Assembly (NCBI GenBank): GCA_964016885.1
Contig: OZ024743.1
Coordinates: forward strand, 100,316,001-100,380,000
From: Eledone cirrhosa
Taxonomy: Eukaryota
Length of the DNA stretch: 64,000 nt
Direction: 5' to 3'
In this document: positions 27,901 to 39,900 of the stretch, one piece after another
Layout of the letters: the number at the start of each line of letters is the position of its first letter
Numbering within the stretch: position 1 is the first letter of the stretch
Notes under the pieces: model-generated
The model's database searches: none
Told to the model about the DNA's origin: nothing
The model's input: the letters and a program-made list of their open reading frames with translations, nothing else
Made by a program: the position numbers and the translations under genes

Positions 27901-30900
27901 TGATCTCTTGCTTGTTAATCAAGCCTCTGTTGGTGATCTCTTGCTTGTTAATCAAGCCTCTGTTGGTGATCTCTTGTTGTTAATCAAGCCTCTGTTGGTG
28001 ATCTCTTGCTTATTAATCAAGCTTCTGTTGGTGATCTCTTGCTTGTTAATCAAGCCTCTGTTGGTGATCTCTTGCTTATTAATCAAGCTTCTGTTGGTGA
28101 TCTCTTGCTTGTTAATCAAGCCTCTGTTGGTGATCTCTTGCTTGTTAATCAAGCCTCTGTTGGTGATCTCTTACTTGTTAATCAAGCTTCTGTTGGTGAT
28201 CTCTTGCTTGTTAATCAAGCCTCTGTTGGTGATCTCTTGTTGTTAATCAAGCCTCTGTTGGTGATCTCTTGCTTGTTAATCAATCCTCTGTTGGTGGTCT
28301 CTTGCTTGTTAATCAAGCCTCTGTTGGTGATCTCTTCCTTGTTAATCAAGCCTCTGTTGGTGATCTCTTGCTTGTTAATCAAGCCTCTGTTGGTGATCTC
28401 TTGCTTGTTAATCAAGCCTCTGTTGGTGATCTCTTGCTTGTTAATCAAGCCTCTGTTGGTGTCATCTCTTGTTAATCAAGCCTCTGTTGGTGATCTCTTG
28501 CTTGTTAATCAAGCCTCTGTTGGTGATCTCTTGCTTGTTAATCAAGCCTCTGTTGGTGATCTCTTGTTGTTAATCAAGCCTCTGTTGGTGATCTCTTGTT
28601 GTTAATCAAGTCTCTGTTGGTGATCTCTTGCTTATTAATCAAGCTTCTGTTGATGATCTCTTGCTTGTTAATCAAGCCTCTGTTGGTGATCTCTTGTTGT
28701 TAATCAAGCCTCTGTTGGTGATCTCTTGCTTGTTAATCAAGCCTCTGTTGGTGATCTCTTGCTTGTTAATCAAGCCTCTGTTGGTGATCTCTTGTTGTTA
28801 ATCAAGCCTCTGTTGGTGATCTCTTGCTTGTTAATCAAGCCTCTGTTGGTGATCTCTTTCTTGTTAATCAAGCTTCTGTTGGTGATCTCTTGCTTGTTAA
28901 TCAAGCCTCTGTTGGTGATCTCTTGCTTGTTAATCAATCCTCTGTTGGTGATCTCTTGCTTGTTAATCAAGCCTCTGTTGGTGATCTCTTGCTTGTTAAT
29001 CAAGCCTCTGTTGGTGATCTCTTGCTTGTTAATCAAGCCTGTGTTGGTGTCATCTCTTGTTAATCAAGCCTCTGTTGGTAATCTCTTGCTTGTTAATCAA
29101 GCCTCTGTTGGTGATCTCTTGCTTGTTAATCAAGCCTCTGTTGGTGATCTTTGTCTTGTTAATCAAGCCTCTGTTGGTGATCTCTTGCTTGTTAATCAAG
29201 TCTCTGTTGGTGATCTCTTGCTTGTTAATCAAGCCTCTGTTGGTTTCATCTCTTGTTAATCAAGCCTCTGTTGGTGTCATCTCTTGTTAATCAAGCCTCT
29301 GTTGGTGATCTCTTGCTTGTTAATCAAGCCTCTGTTGGTGATCATTTGTTGTTAATCAAGCCTCTGTTGGTGATCTCTTGTTGTTAATCAAGCCTCTGTT
29401 GGTGATCTCTTTCTTGTTAATCAAGCTTCTGTTGGTGATCTATTGCTTGTTAATCAAGCCTCTGTTGGTGATCTCTTGCTTGTTAATCAATCCTCTGTTG
29501 TTGATCTCTTGCTTGTTAATCAAGCCTCTGTTGATGATCTCTTGTTGTTAATCAAGCCTCTGTTGGTGATCTCTTGTTAATCAAGCCTCTGTTGGTGTCA
29601 TCTCTTGTTAATCAAGCCTCTGTTGGTGATCTCTTGTTGTTAATCAAGCTTCTGTTGATTATCTCTTCCTTGTTAATCAAACCTCTGTTGGTGATCTCTT
29701 GTTGTTAATCAATCCTCTGTTGGTGATCTCTTGCTTGTTAATCAATCCTCTGTTGGTGATCTCTTGCTTGTTAATCAAGCCTCTGTTGGTGATCTCTTGC
29801 TTGTTAATCAAGCTTCTGTTGGTGATCTTTGTCTTGTTAATCAAGCCTCTGTTGGTGATCTCTTGCTTGTTAATCAAGCCTCTGTTGGTGTCATCTCTTG
29901 TTAATCAAGCCTCTGTTGGTGATCTCTTGCTTGTTAATCAAGCTTCTGTTGTTGATCTTTGTCTTGTTAATCAAGCCTCTGTTGGTCATCTCTTGCTTGT
30001 TAATCAAGTCTCTGTTGGTGATCTCTTGCTTGTTAATCAAGCCTCTGCTGGTGATCTCTTGCTTGTTAATCAAGCCTCTGTTGGTGATCTCTTGCTTGTT
30101 AATCAAGCCTCTGTTGGTGATCTCTTGCTTGTTAATCAAGCCTCTGTTGGTGATCTCTTGCTTGTTAATCAAGCCTCTGTTGGTGATCTCTTGCTTGTTA
30201 ATCAAGCCTCTGTTGGTGATCTCTTGTTGTTAATCAAGCCTCTGTTGGTGATCTCTTGCTTGTTAATCAAGTCTCTGTTGGTGTCATCTCTTGTTGTTAA
30301 TCAAGCCTCTGTTGGTGATCTCTTGCTTGTTAATGAAGTCTCTGTTGGTGATCTCTTGCTTGTTAATCAAGTCTCTGTTGGTCATCTCTTGATTGTTAAT
30401 CAAGCCTCTGTTGGTGATCTCTTGTTGTTAATCAAGTCTCTGTTGGTCATCTCTTGATTGTTAATCAAGCCTCTGTTGGTGATCTCTTGCTTGTTAATCA
30501 AGTCTCTGTTGGTGATCTCTTGCTTGTTAATCAAGCCTCTGTTGGTGATCTCTTGCTTGTTAATCAAGTCTCTGTTGGTGATCTCTTGCTTGTTAATCAA
30601 GTCTCTGTTGGTGATCTCTTGCTTGTTAATCAAGTCTCTGTTGGTGATCTCTTGCTTGTTAATCAAGTCTCTGTTGGTGATCTCTTGCTTGTTAATCAAG
30701 TCTCTGTTGGTGATCTCTTGCTTGTTAATCAAGCCTCTGTTGGTGATCTCTTGCTTGTTAATCAAGTCTCTGTTGGTCATCTCTTGATTGTTAATCAAGT
30801 CTCTGTTGGTGATCTCTTGCTTGTTAATCAAGTCTCTGTTGGTGGTCTCCGTTGGTGATCTCTTGCTTGTTAATCAAGCCTCTGTTGGTGATCTCTTGCT

Positions 30901-33900
30901 TGTTAATCAAGTCTCTGTTGGTGATCTCTTGCTTGTTAATCAAGCCTCTGTTGGTGATCTCTTACTTGTTAATCAAGCTTCTGTTGGTGATCTCTTGCTT
31001 GTTAATCAAGCCTCTGTTGGTGATCTCTTGTTGTTAATCAAGCCTCTGTTGGTGATCTCTTGCTTGTTAATCAATCCTCTGTTGGTGGTCTCTTGCTTGT
31101 TAATCAAGGCTCTGTTGGTGATCTCTTCCTTGTTAATCAAGCCTCTGTTGGTGATCTCTTGCTTGTTAATCAAGCCTCTGTTGGTGATCTCTTGCTTGTT
31201 AATCAAGCCTCTGTTGGTGATCTATTGCTTGTTAATCGATCCTCTGTTGGTCATCTCTTGCTTGTTAATCAAGCCTCTGTTGGTGATCTCTTTCTTGTTA
31301 ATCAAGCCTCTGTTGGTGATCTATTGCTTGTTAATCGATCCTCTGTTGGTCATCTCTTGCTTGTTAATCAAGCCTCTGTTGGTGATCTCTTGCTTGTTAA
31401 TCAAGCCTCTGTTGGTGATCTCTTGCTTGTTAATCAAGCCTCTGTTGGTGATCTCTTGTTGTTAATCAATCTTCTGTTGGTGATCTCTTGTTGTTAATCA
31501 AGCCTCTGTTGGTGATCTCTTGTTGTTAATCAAGCCTCTGTTGGTGATCTCTTGCTTGTTAATCAAGCCTCTGTTGGTGATCTTCTGTTGGTGATCTCTT
31601 GTTGTTAATCAAGCCTCTGTTGGTGATCTCTTGCTTGTTAATCAAGCCTCTGTTGGTGATCTCTTGCTTGTTAATCAAGCCTCTGTTGGTGATCTCTTGC
31701 TTGTTAATCAATCCTCTGTTGGTCATCTCTTGCTTGTTAATTAATCCTGTTGGTGGTCTCTTGCTTGTTAATCAAGCCTCTGTTGGTGATCTCTTGCTTG
31801 TTAATCAAGCCTCTGTTGGTGATCTCTTGCTTGTTAATCAAGCCTCTGTTGGTGATCTCTTGTTGTTAATCAAGCCTCTGTTGGTGATCTCTTGCTTATT
31901 AATCAAGCTTCTGTTGGTGATCTCTTGCTTGTTAATCAAGCCTCTGTTGGTGATCTCTTGCTTATTAATCAAGCTTCTGTTGGTGATCTCTTGCTTGTTA
32001 ATCAAGCCTCTGTTGGTGATCTCTTGCTTGTTAATCAAGCCTCTGTTGGTGATCTCTTACTTGTTAATCAAGCTTCTGTTGGTGATCTCTTGCTTGTTAA
32101 TCAAGCCTCTGTTGGTGATCTCTTGTTGTTAATCAAGCCTCTGTTGGTGATCTCTTGCTTGTTAATCAATCCTCTGTTGGTGGTCTCTTGCTTGTTAATC
32201 AAGCCTCTGTTGGTGATCTCTTCCTTGTTAATCAAGCCTCTGTTGGTGATCTCTTGCTTGTTAATCAAGCCTCTGTTGGTGATCTCTTGCTTGTTAATCA
32301 AGCCTCTGTTGGTGATCTCTTGCTTGTTAATCAAGCCTCTGTTGGTGTCATCTCTTGTTAATCAAGCCTCTGTTGGTGATCTCTTGCTTGTTAATCAAGC
32401 CTCTGTTGGTGATCTCTTGCTTGTTAATCAAGCCTCTGTTGGTGATCTCTTGTTGTTAATCAAGCCTCTGTTGGTGATCTCTTGTTGTTAATCAAGTCTC
32501 TGTTGGTGATCTCTTGCTTATTAATCAAGCTTCTGTTGATGATCTCTTGCTTGTTAATCAAGCCTCTGTTGGTGATCTCTTGTTGTTAATCAAGCCTCTG
32601 TTGGTGATCTCTTGCTTGTTAATCAAGCCTCTGTTGGTGATCTCTTGCTTGTTAATCAAGCCTCTGTTGGTGATCTCTTGTTGTTAATCAAGCCTCTGTT
32701 GGTGATCTCTTGCTTGTTAATCAAGCCTCTGTTGGTGATCTCTTTCTTGTTAATCAAGCTTCTGTTGGTGATCTCTTGCTTGTTAATCAAGCCTCTGTTG
32801 GTGATCTCTTGCTTGTTAATCAATCCTCTGTTGGTGATCTCTTGCTTGTTAATCAAGCCTCTGTTGGTGATCTCTTGCTTGTTAATCAAGCCTCTGTTGG
32901 TGATCTCTTGCTTGTTAATCAAGCCTGTGTTGGTGTCATCTCTTGTTAATCAAGCCTCTGTTGGTAATCTCTTGCTTGTTAATCAAGCCTCTGTTGGTGA
33001 TCTCTTGCTTGTTAATCAAGCCTCTGTTGGTGATCTTTGTCTTGTTAATCAAGCCTCTGTTGGTGATCTCTTGCTTGTTAATCAAGTCTCTGTTGGTGAT
33101 CTCTTGCTTGTTAATCAAGCCTCTGTTGGTTTCATCTCTTGTTAATCAAGCCTCTGTTGGTGTCATCTCTTGTTAATCAAGCCTCTGTTGGTGATCTCTT
33201 GCTTGTTAATCAAGCCTCTGTTGGTGATCATTTGTTGTTAATCAAGCCTCTGTTGGTGATCTCTTGTTGTTAATCAAGCCTCTGTTGGTGATCTCTTTCT
33301 TGTTAATCAAGCTTCTGTTGGTGATCTATTGCTTGTTAATCAAGCCTCTGTTGGTGATCTCTTGCTTGTTAATCAATCCTCTGTTGTTGATCTCTTGCTT
33401 GTTAATCAAGCCTCTGTTGATGATCTCTTGTTGTTAATCAAGCCTCTGTTGGTGATCTCTTGTTAATCAAGCCTCTGTTGGTGTCATCTCTTGTTAATCA
33501 AGCCTCTGTTGGTGATCTCTTGTTGTTAATCAAGCTTCTGTTGATTATCTCTTCCTTGTTAATCAAACCTCTGTTGGTGATCTCTTGTTGTTAATCAATC
33601 CTCTGTTGGTGATCTCTTGCTTGTTAATCAATCCTCTGTTGGTGATCTCTTGCTTGTTAATCAAGCCTCTGTTGGTGATCTCTTGCTTGTTAATCAAGCT
33701 TCTGTTGGTGATCTTTGTCTTGTTAATCAAGCCTCTGTTGGTGATCTCTTGCTTGTTAATCAAGCCTCTGTTGGTGTCATCTCTTGTTAATCAAGCCTCT
33801 GTTGGTGATCTCTTGCTTGTTAATCAAGCTTCTGTTGTTGATCTTTGTCTTGTTAATCAAGCCTCTGTTGGTCATCTCTTGCTTGTTAATCAAGTCTCTG

Positions 33901-36900
33901 TTGGTGATCTCTTGCTTGTTAATCAAGCCTCTGCTGGTGATCTCTTGCTTGTTAATCAAGCCTCTGTTGGTGATCTCTTGCTTGTTAATCAAGCCTCTGT
34001 TGGTGATCTCTTGCTTGTTAATCAAGCCTCTGTTGGTGATCTCTTGCTTGTTAATCAAGCCTCTGTTGGTGATCTCTTGCTTGTTAATCAAGCCTCTGTT
34101 GGTGATCTCTTGTTGTTAATCAAGCCTCTGTTGGTGATCTCTTGCTTGTTAATCAAGTCTCTGTTGGTGTCATCTCTTGTTGTTAATCAAGCCTCTGTTG
34201 GTGATCTCTTGCTTGTTAATGAAGTCTCTGTTGGTGATCTCTTGCTTGTTAATCAAGTCTCTGTTGGTCATCTCTTGATTGTTAATCAAGCCTCTGTTGG
34301 TGATCTCTTGTTGTTAATCAAGTCTCTGTTGGTCATCTCTTGATTGTTAATCAAGCCTCTGTTGGTGATCTCTTGCTTGTTAATCAAGTCTCTGTTGGTG
34401 ATCTCTTGCTTGTTAATCAAGCCTCTGTTGGTGATCTCTTGCTTGTTAATCAAGTCTCTGTTGGTGATCTCTTGCTTGTTAATCAAGTCTCTGTTGGTGA
34501 TCTCTTGCTTGTTAATCAAGTCTCTGTTGGTGATCTCTTGCTTGTTAATCAAGTCTCTGTTGGTGATCTCTTGCTTGTTAATCAAGTCTCTGTTGGTGAT
34601 CTCTTGCTTGTTAATCAAGCCTCTGTTGGTGATCTCTTGCTTGTTAATCAAGTCTCTGTTGGTCATCTCTTGATTGTTAATCAAGTCTCTGTTGGTGATC
34701 TCTTGCTTGTTAATCAAGTCTCTGTTGGTGGTCTCCGTTGGTGATCTCTTGCTTGTTAATCAAGCCTCTGTTGGTGATCTCTTGCTTGTTAATCAAGTCT
34801 CTGTTGGTGATCTCTTGCTTATTAATCAAGCCTCTGTTGGTGATCTCTTGCTTGTTAATCAAGCCTCTGTTGGTGATCTCTTGCTTGTTAATCAAGTCTC
34901 TGTTGGTCATCTCTTGATTGTTAATCAAGCCTCTGTTGGTGATCTCTTGCTTGTTAATCAAGCCTCTGTTGGTGATCTCTTGCTTGTTAATCAAGTCTCT
35001 GTTGGTCATCTCTTGATTGTTAATCAAGTCTCTGTTGGTGATCTCTTGCTTGTTAATCAAGTCTCTGTTGGTGATCTCTTGCTTGTTAATCAAGTCTCTG
35101 TTGGTGATCTCTTGCTTGTTAATCAAGCCTCTGTTGGTGATCTCTTGCTTGTTAATCAAGCCTCTGTTGGTGATCTCTTGCTTGTTAATCAAGTCTCTGT
35201 TGGTCATCTCTTGATTGTTAATCAAGCCTCTGTTGGTGATCTCTTGCTTGTTAATCAAGCCTCTGTTAGTGTCATCTCTTGTTAATCAAGCCTCTGTTGT
35301 TGTCATCTCTTTGTAGGAACTTGAAGCCCACAGTCGCCCCAAAGGTGTTTGTAGCCTTCCAGCAGAACTTTTCTCAAATAGCAACAACACCAACATGTTA
35401 ATTATGTTGGGTAAACGCCATGGCTCAGACTCTTCTATTTTCACCTCTTCCACAGAATCTCACTATGAACTCTGGTTGCAATGTTTTTCACTGGACAATT
35501 CAAAAAGTAAGTTGATTTATTTTGGCTCTGACAGAGTTGGGTTACATACAAAGAATTGTTTGCATCTTGGGTGTAATGGGTGTAATAAGAGTGGTTTTAG
35601 TGGTTGTTGTTGTTATTATTGAAACCCAGAAGACAGTGGCTTGGCAGTTTCATTAGTATTGGACAAATTTGTGATATTTAGCTATAACTTGCTACATTTT
35701 AAGATCAAATCCCACTGAGGTCAACTTTGCATTTCATCCTTCCAGAGTCAAAATAAAGTGCCAGTCAATTACTGGAGTTGATTAAATGGATTTTCCTCTT
35801 CCCTTCAAATTGCTGGCCTTGTGCTTAAAGTAGAAATCATTACTAAGCAGACCCTATGATTAAAGGTGTTCCATCAATGACCATCACATCTCTTTGTAGT
35901 AGTATTGTTAGTTGTGCAATTGATAGAAATAATATTCTCTCTCTTGTTTGGTTTTTTATGTTTGCTTGCTTCCTCCCACATCATGGATGTTGCAGTAAAT
36001 GTGGGTGTCACAGCTTCCATAGCTAAACAGAATAAAATTCTAAAGTACTGGTACTTATTTGTAAACCATTTCTTCCAGCCTGTGGCATTAAAGATGTTTG
36101 GGGGAACTGGGTCACTGACAGTGAAGTTCTTGTCGTTAGCAGCTCACCTTACCAAGGTGTCTGTGAGGGTGCTTGGTTCTTTCATTGCCTTAGCCTCACC
36201 ATCACCTGCAGTAATGCTGCAAGCATGTTGGCTTGCCTCAAAAAGTTCCGATGACCCTTGTGTGTGACCGATTGACACACTTAGTGTTGAATTGATATTA
36301 TTTTTTTTCGCTCTGACTGTATATTTTGTGTATTATATTTAAAAAGCTCCTAGCAATAATTAATTGATAATATGTATGTATATTGTAATGTAATAAAAAA
36401 AATATACAAGTGGTTGGTAACAGTAGACAATACGTTTGAAGTTTTTTCTAATGTAAATGTTTTTCTTCAACAAACATTTTTTGAAGACCTTAGTTTTTAA
36501 ATAAAAATGAAATATCTAAAGATTTATCAAGGAATACAATGCCTAAAATAAACACTTTTTTGTTTGCTTTAGATTTCAAATTGTGTTGATCATCATCATT
36601 GTTTTTCCATGCTAGCATGGGTCAGACTATCAAATTGTGTTGATCATCATCATCATTGTTTTTCCATGCTAGCATGGATCAGACTATCAAATTGTGTTGA
36701 TCATCATCATCATCATCATCATCATCATTGTTCCATGCTAGCATGGGTCAGACTATCAAATTGTGTTGATGATGATGATGATCATCATCATCATTGTTCC
36801 ATGCTAACATGGGTTAGACTATATGAATTCCTATTCAGAAGCAAAGGCTCAGCTTAGAATTCAGTTGAGGTCACAATTTGTCATTCATGTTTGATTTGAT

Positions 36901-39900
36901 TAAAGGAATAAAACTGTGATCTGATATATGAGAACAGCACTTTCATAATGATATTTCTAATGAAATACTGTATTTTAATTAATTAATGAAGATTTAGAGG
37001 TATTTACTAAAATTATTATTAATTATTTCATTATTAGAATAGTATTTGTAACAAATGATTTTTATATGATATTGTACTGGAAGATTTGAATTTAAATAGA
37101 AACTCTTTAAAATAAGTGATTTTTTTTTTTCTGAGAGATTACATCGTTCAATGTATCCTCTATTTAAGAAACGAAGATGTGATTTGTTTTTGATTTGGTT
37201 GATATTTCTAGCATATCTAGAAATCACATTGAGGCTCCCTTATTTGCCAGTGTAAGCAAATAGGACGACTTTAGCATGTAAACATGTATCTGATTTAAAT
37301 AGAAAAACATTTTCAGAAACTGATGAAGCATGTTGCTAAAACAAAAGTAACCTGTTTTTTATCTATACATCCATTTTTGCTTTTAGTTCCTTCATGTGTG
37401 CATCCCAGTTTTTAGAATAGGTGCACCATACCCCTGTATATTATATAAGGCAACTAAAAGGGTTGGCATCAAGAAGGATATCTCGCTGTAAAACATTGTT
37501 TCAAAACATCCCATATCAGTATAGAAAAGTGGACATAAAAATGATGATGATGAGAAGAACCAGGGTTTATAATATTTGAGTGGATGGCAAAATTGGTAGA
37601 ACATCAGGCAAAATATCAGTATTTCAACACTACTCTTTACATTTGTCTTGGTAGAACATCAGGCAGAATATTTTGTAGTATTTCAACACTACTCTTTACA
37701 TTTGTCTAAAGTGTTTTAGTTCAGTCCACTTCACTTTTCATCATTCCACAGACAATAAAATAAGTACTAGAGTCAATGTGATCAACTATATTGTAGATGG
37801 TAGTGCTCCAGTATGGCCATAGTTTATCACTTTGGATACCAAACTACCTGAAACTGCCCTTAGTTCTGCAATACAAAATTGGTGCTTTATTTATCAACCC
37901 CAAAAGGATGAAGGTCAAAGTTGACCTTGATGGGATGTAAACTCAGAGCACAGGGAGCCAGAATGGAAGGCACTCTAATCATCACCTTAAGTAAAGATAA
38001 AGGACCCTTAACTCCTTTTAGAGTCATAGAGGCAACATCATGACATACAACAAATCTTGGACACTTTAACCCTTTAGCATTTACATTACTCTATACCAGT
38101 GGTTCCCGAACTGGGGTCCGCGGTCTCCTAGGGGACCGCGAAGGCTTAGCCAAATTTTCATGTTTCTATAAAAACCCATATCCTTTAGAAAGCATTGAAT
38201 ATGATAGCAGTTTCGGGCATTTTAATACTACTTAAATTAAATCGGAGTAGAATTGTCATGTATTTCATAAAAGTTTGTTTTTGAAAAATTTTGGAAATGC
38301 TGCCATAATATGATAGAGGACCACGAGGCATAAAAAAAATGGTAAGGGGACCAACAAGAAAAAAATTTGGAAAAGTTTGGGAACCACTGGTCTATATATA
38401 CTATTATATTTTCACAGTAAAGGCTTTACCTCACATAATTATCTCACATAACATTGAATCTATGAGATTTTGATATTAATTATTTTGAAAAAAAATACCT
38501 TAAAGTCTGTATGAGGGGTCAGTTATGGCCAGTTTGAACAGAAAGAGGTGAGAGAATTCTGACCGGATATTGTCGGTTTAAATGCTAAAGGGTTAAACAT
38601 GGTGGAACCCATCCCCCTCTATGTCAAAACAACCAATTTATTTCAGAGAGGAAGAAGAACCAACCCCTAGACTGATACTTTATTGACCTCAAAAGGATGA
38701 AAGACAAAGTTGACCTCAATTGGATTTGAACACAGAGCTCAGTTAGCCAAGCCAATTTTATTCCAATACTCTAACAAATCTGCTAATCTGCTGCCTATTT
38801 TGTCACTTTAACAAATATTAAATATATTTTTTCCTATTATTCAATCACTGTAAACATTGTAAAGCTATGTTTCCCATCCTGGGGCTTTATGACCATCAGT
38901 AGAATAGTTTAGAGACTAGATTAAGAATCTATTCTTTTCTAGTGCCTGACTTCAGTCAAGGACCAGTGATTCTTAATCAACATCAAACAAGATTTCTCCA
39001 TTCTGGATTAATTGTAAATGCTCTGTATAATTGAAAATTGTTTCTTTCTAATTGCTTACTTGGAAAACTAGTTTGCCGCTAGCCTGAGATATCTCTTGGA
39101 AATGCCTAACATAGAGCTGATTACTGGACTATGCAGTTTATCTGATCCTCTTCATTGCTCTCGGAATATTTTATTTGTCTTCTTAATATTAGCATGTTGT
39201 CTTGGCTACAACATCACTAGAATTTTGTCTGAGATACTTGCTCTTGTTTTAGTTATGATCAAGTCACCGTGTTATTTGTTGTTATATATATAACAAATAA
39301 CATGGCAACTATATATATATATAGATAGATAGGTAAATAGATAGATATACTCACACACACTTTTTTCATGATTTCTTACGAATGAAACAGTTCTAGTCCT
39401 TTAGAAGTCATTTCTATAATAATAATAATAATAATAATAATGCTTTCTTTATTAACCACAAGGGTTTACATAAAGTAGACATTAAGGACAGTACAGGACA
39501 ACTAATATATATCATCAGGAAAGTGTGTGTATGTATATAAATATATATATATATGAAAAAGAACACAAGAGCGTCTACAACATCAAAAGATTTTTATTGG
39601 CTAACAATGTTTCTTGCTTACGTGTAACCGTAGGATTCATCAGAGCTATAAAAGGGGTTTGATTGGTGTTATGGACTCTACCAACCAAACACACAAGAAC
39701 AAAGAGTAAAGAGAGTAAAGAGCAAAAGTAGGGGACGATAAGTCTAATTTTGGTGCGGGAGGGTGGGGTGTTGGTCCTTGTTTACTAGCTGCGGTCATAA
39801 TATATATATATATATATATAGAACTATAATAATATTAGCTATAAGCTTTTCTGGGTAGGTAAGGATGATGGGTTAGGGGGAGTAGGCATTTTCCTGGCTG

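Noticed and set aside
25943-35310. CRISPR-like array or repeat-protein ORFs (LLIKPLLVISC)
   Set aside because: 33-bp units are contiguous with no unique spacers, no cas genes, eukaryotic intron; frames are broken by 32-bp units
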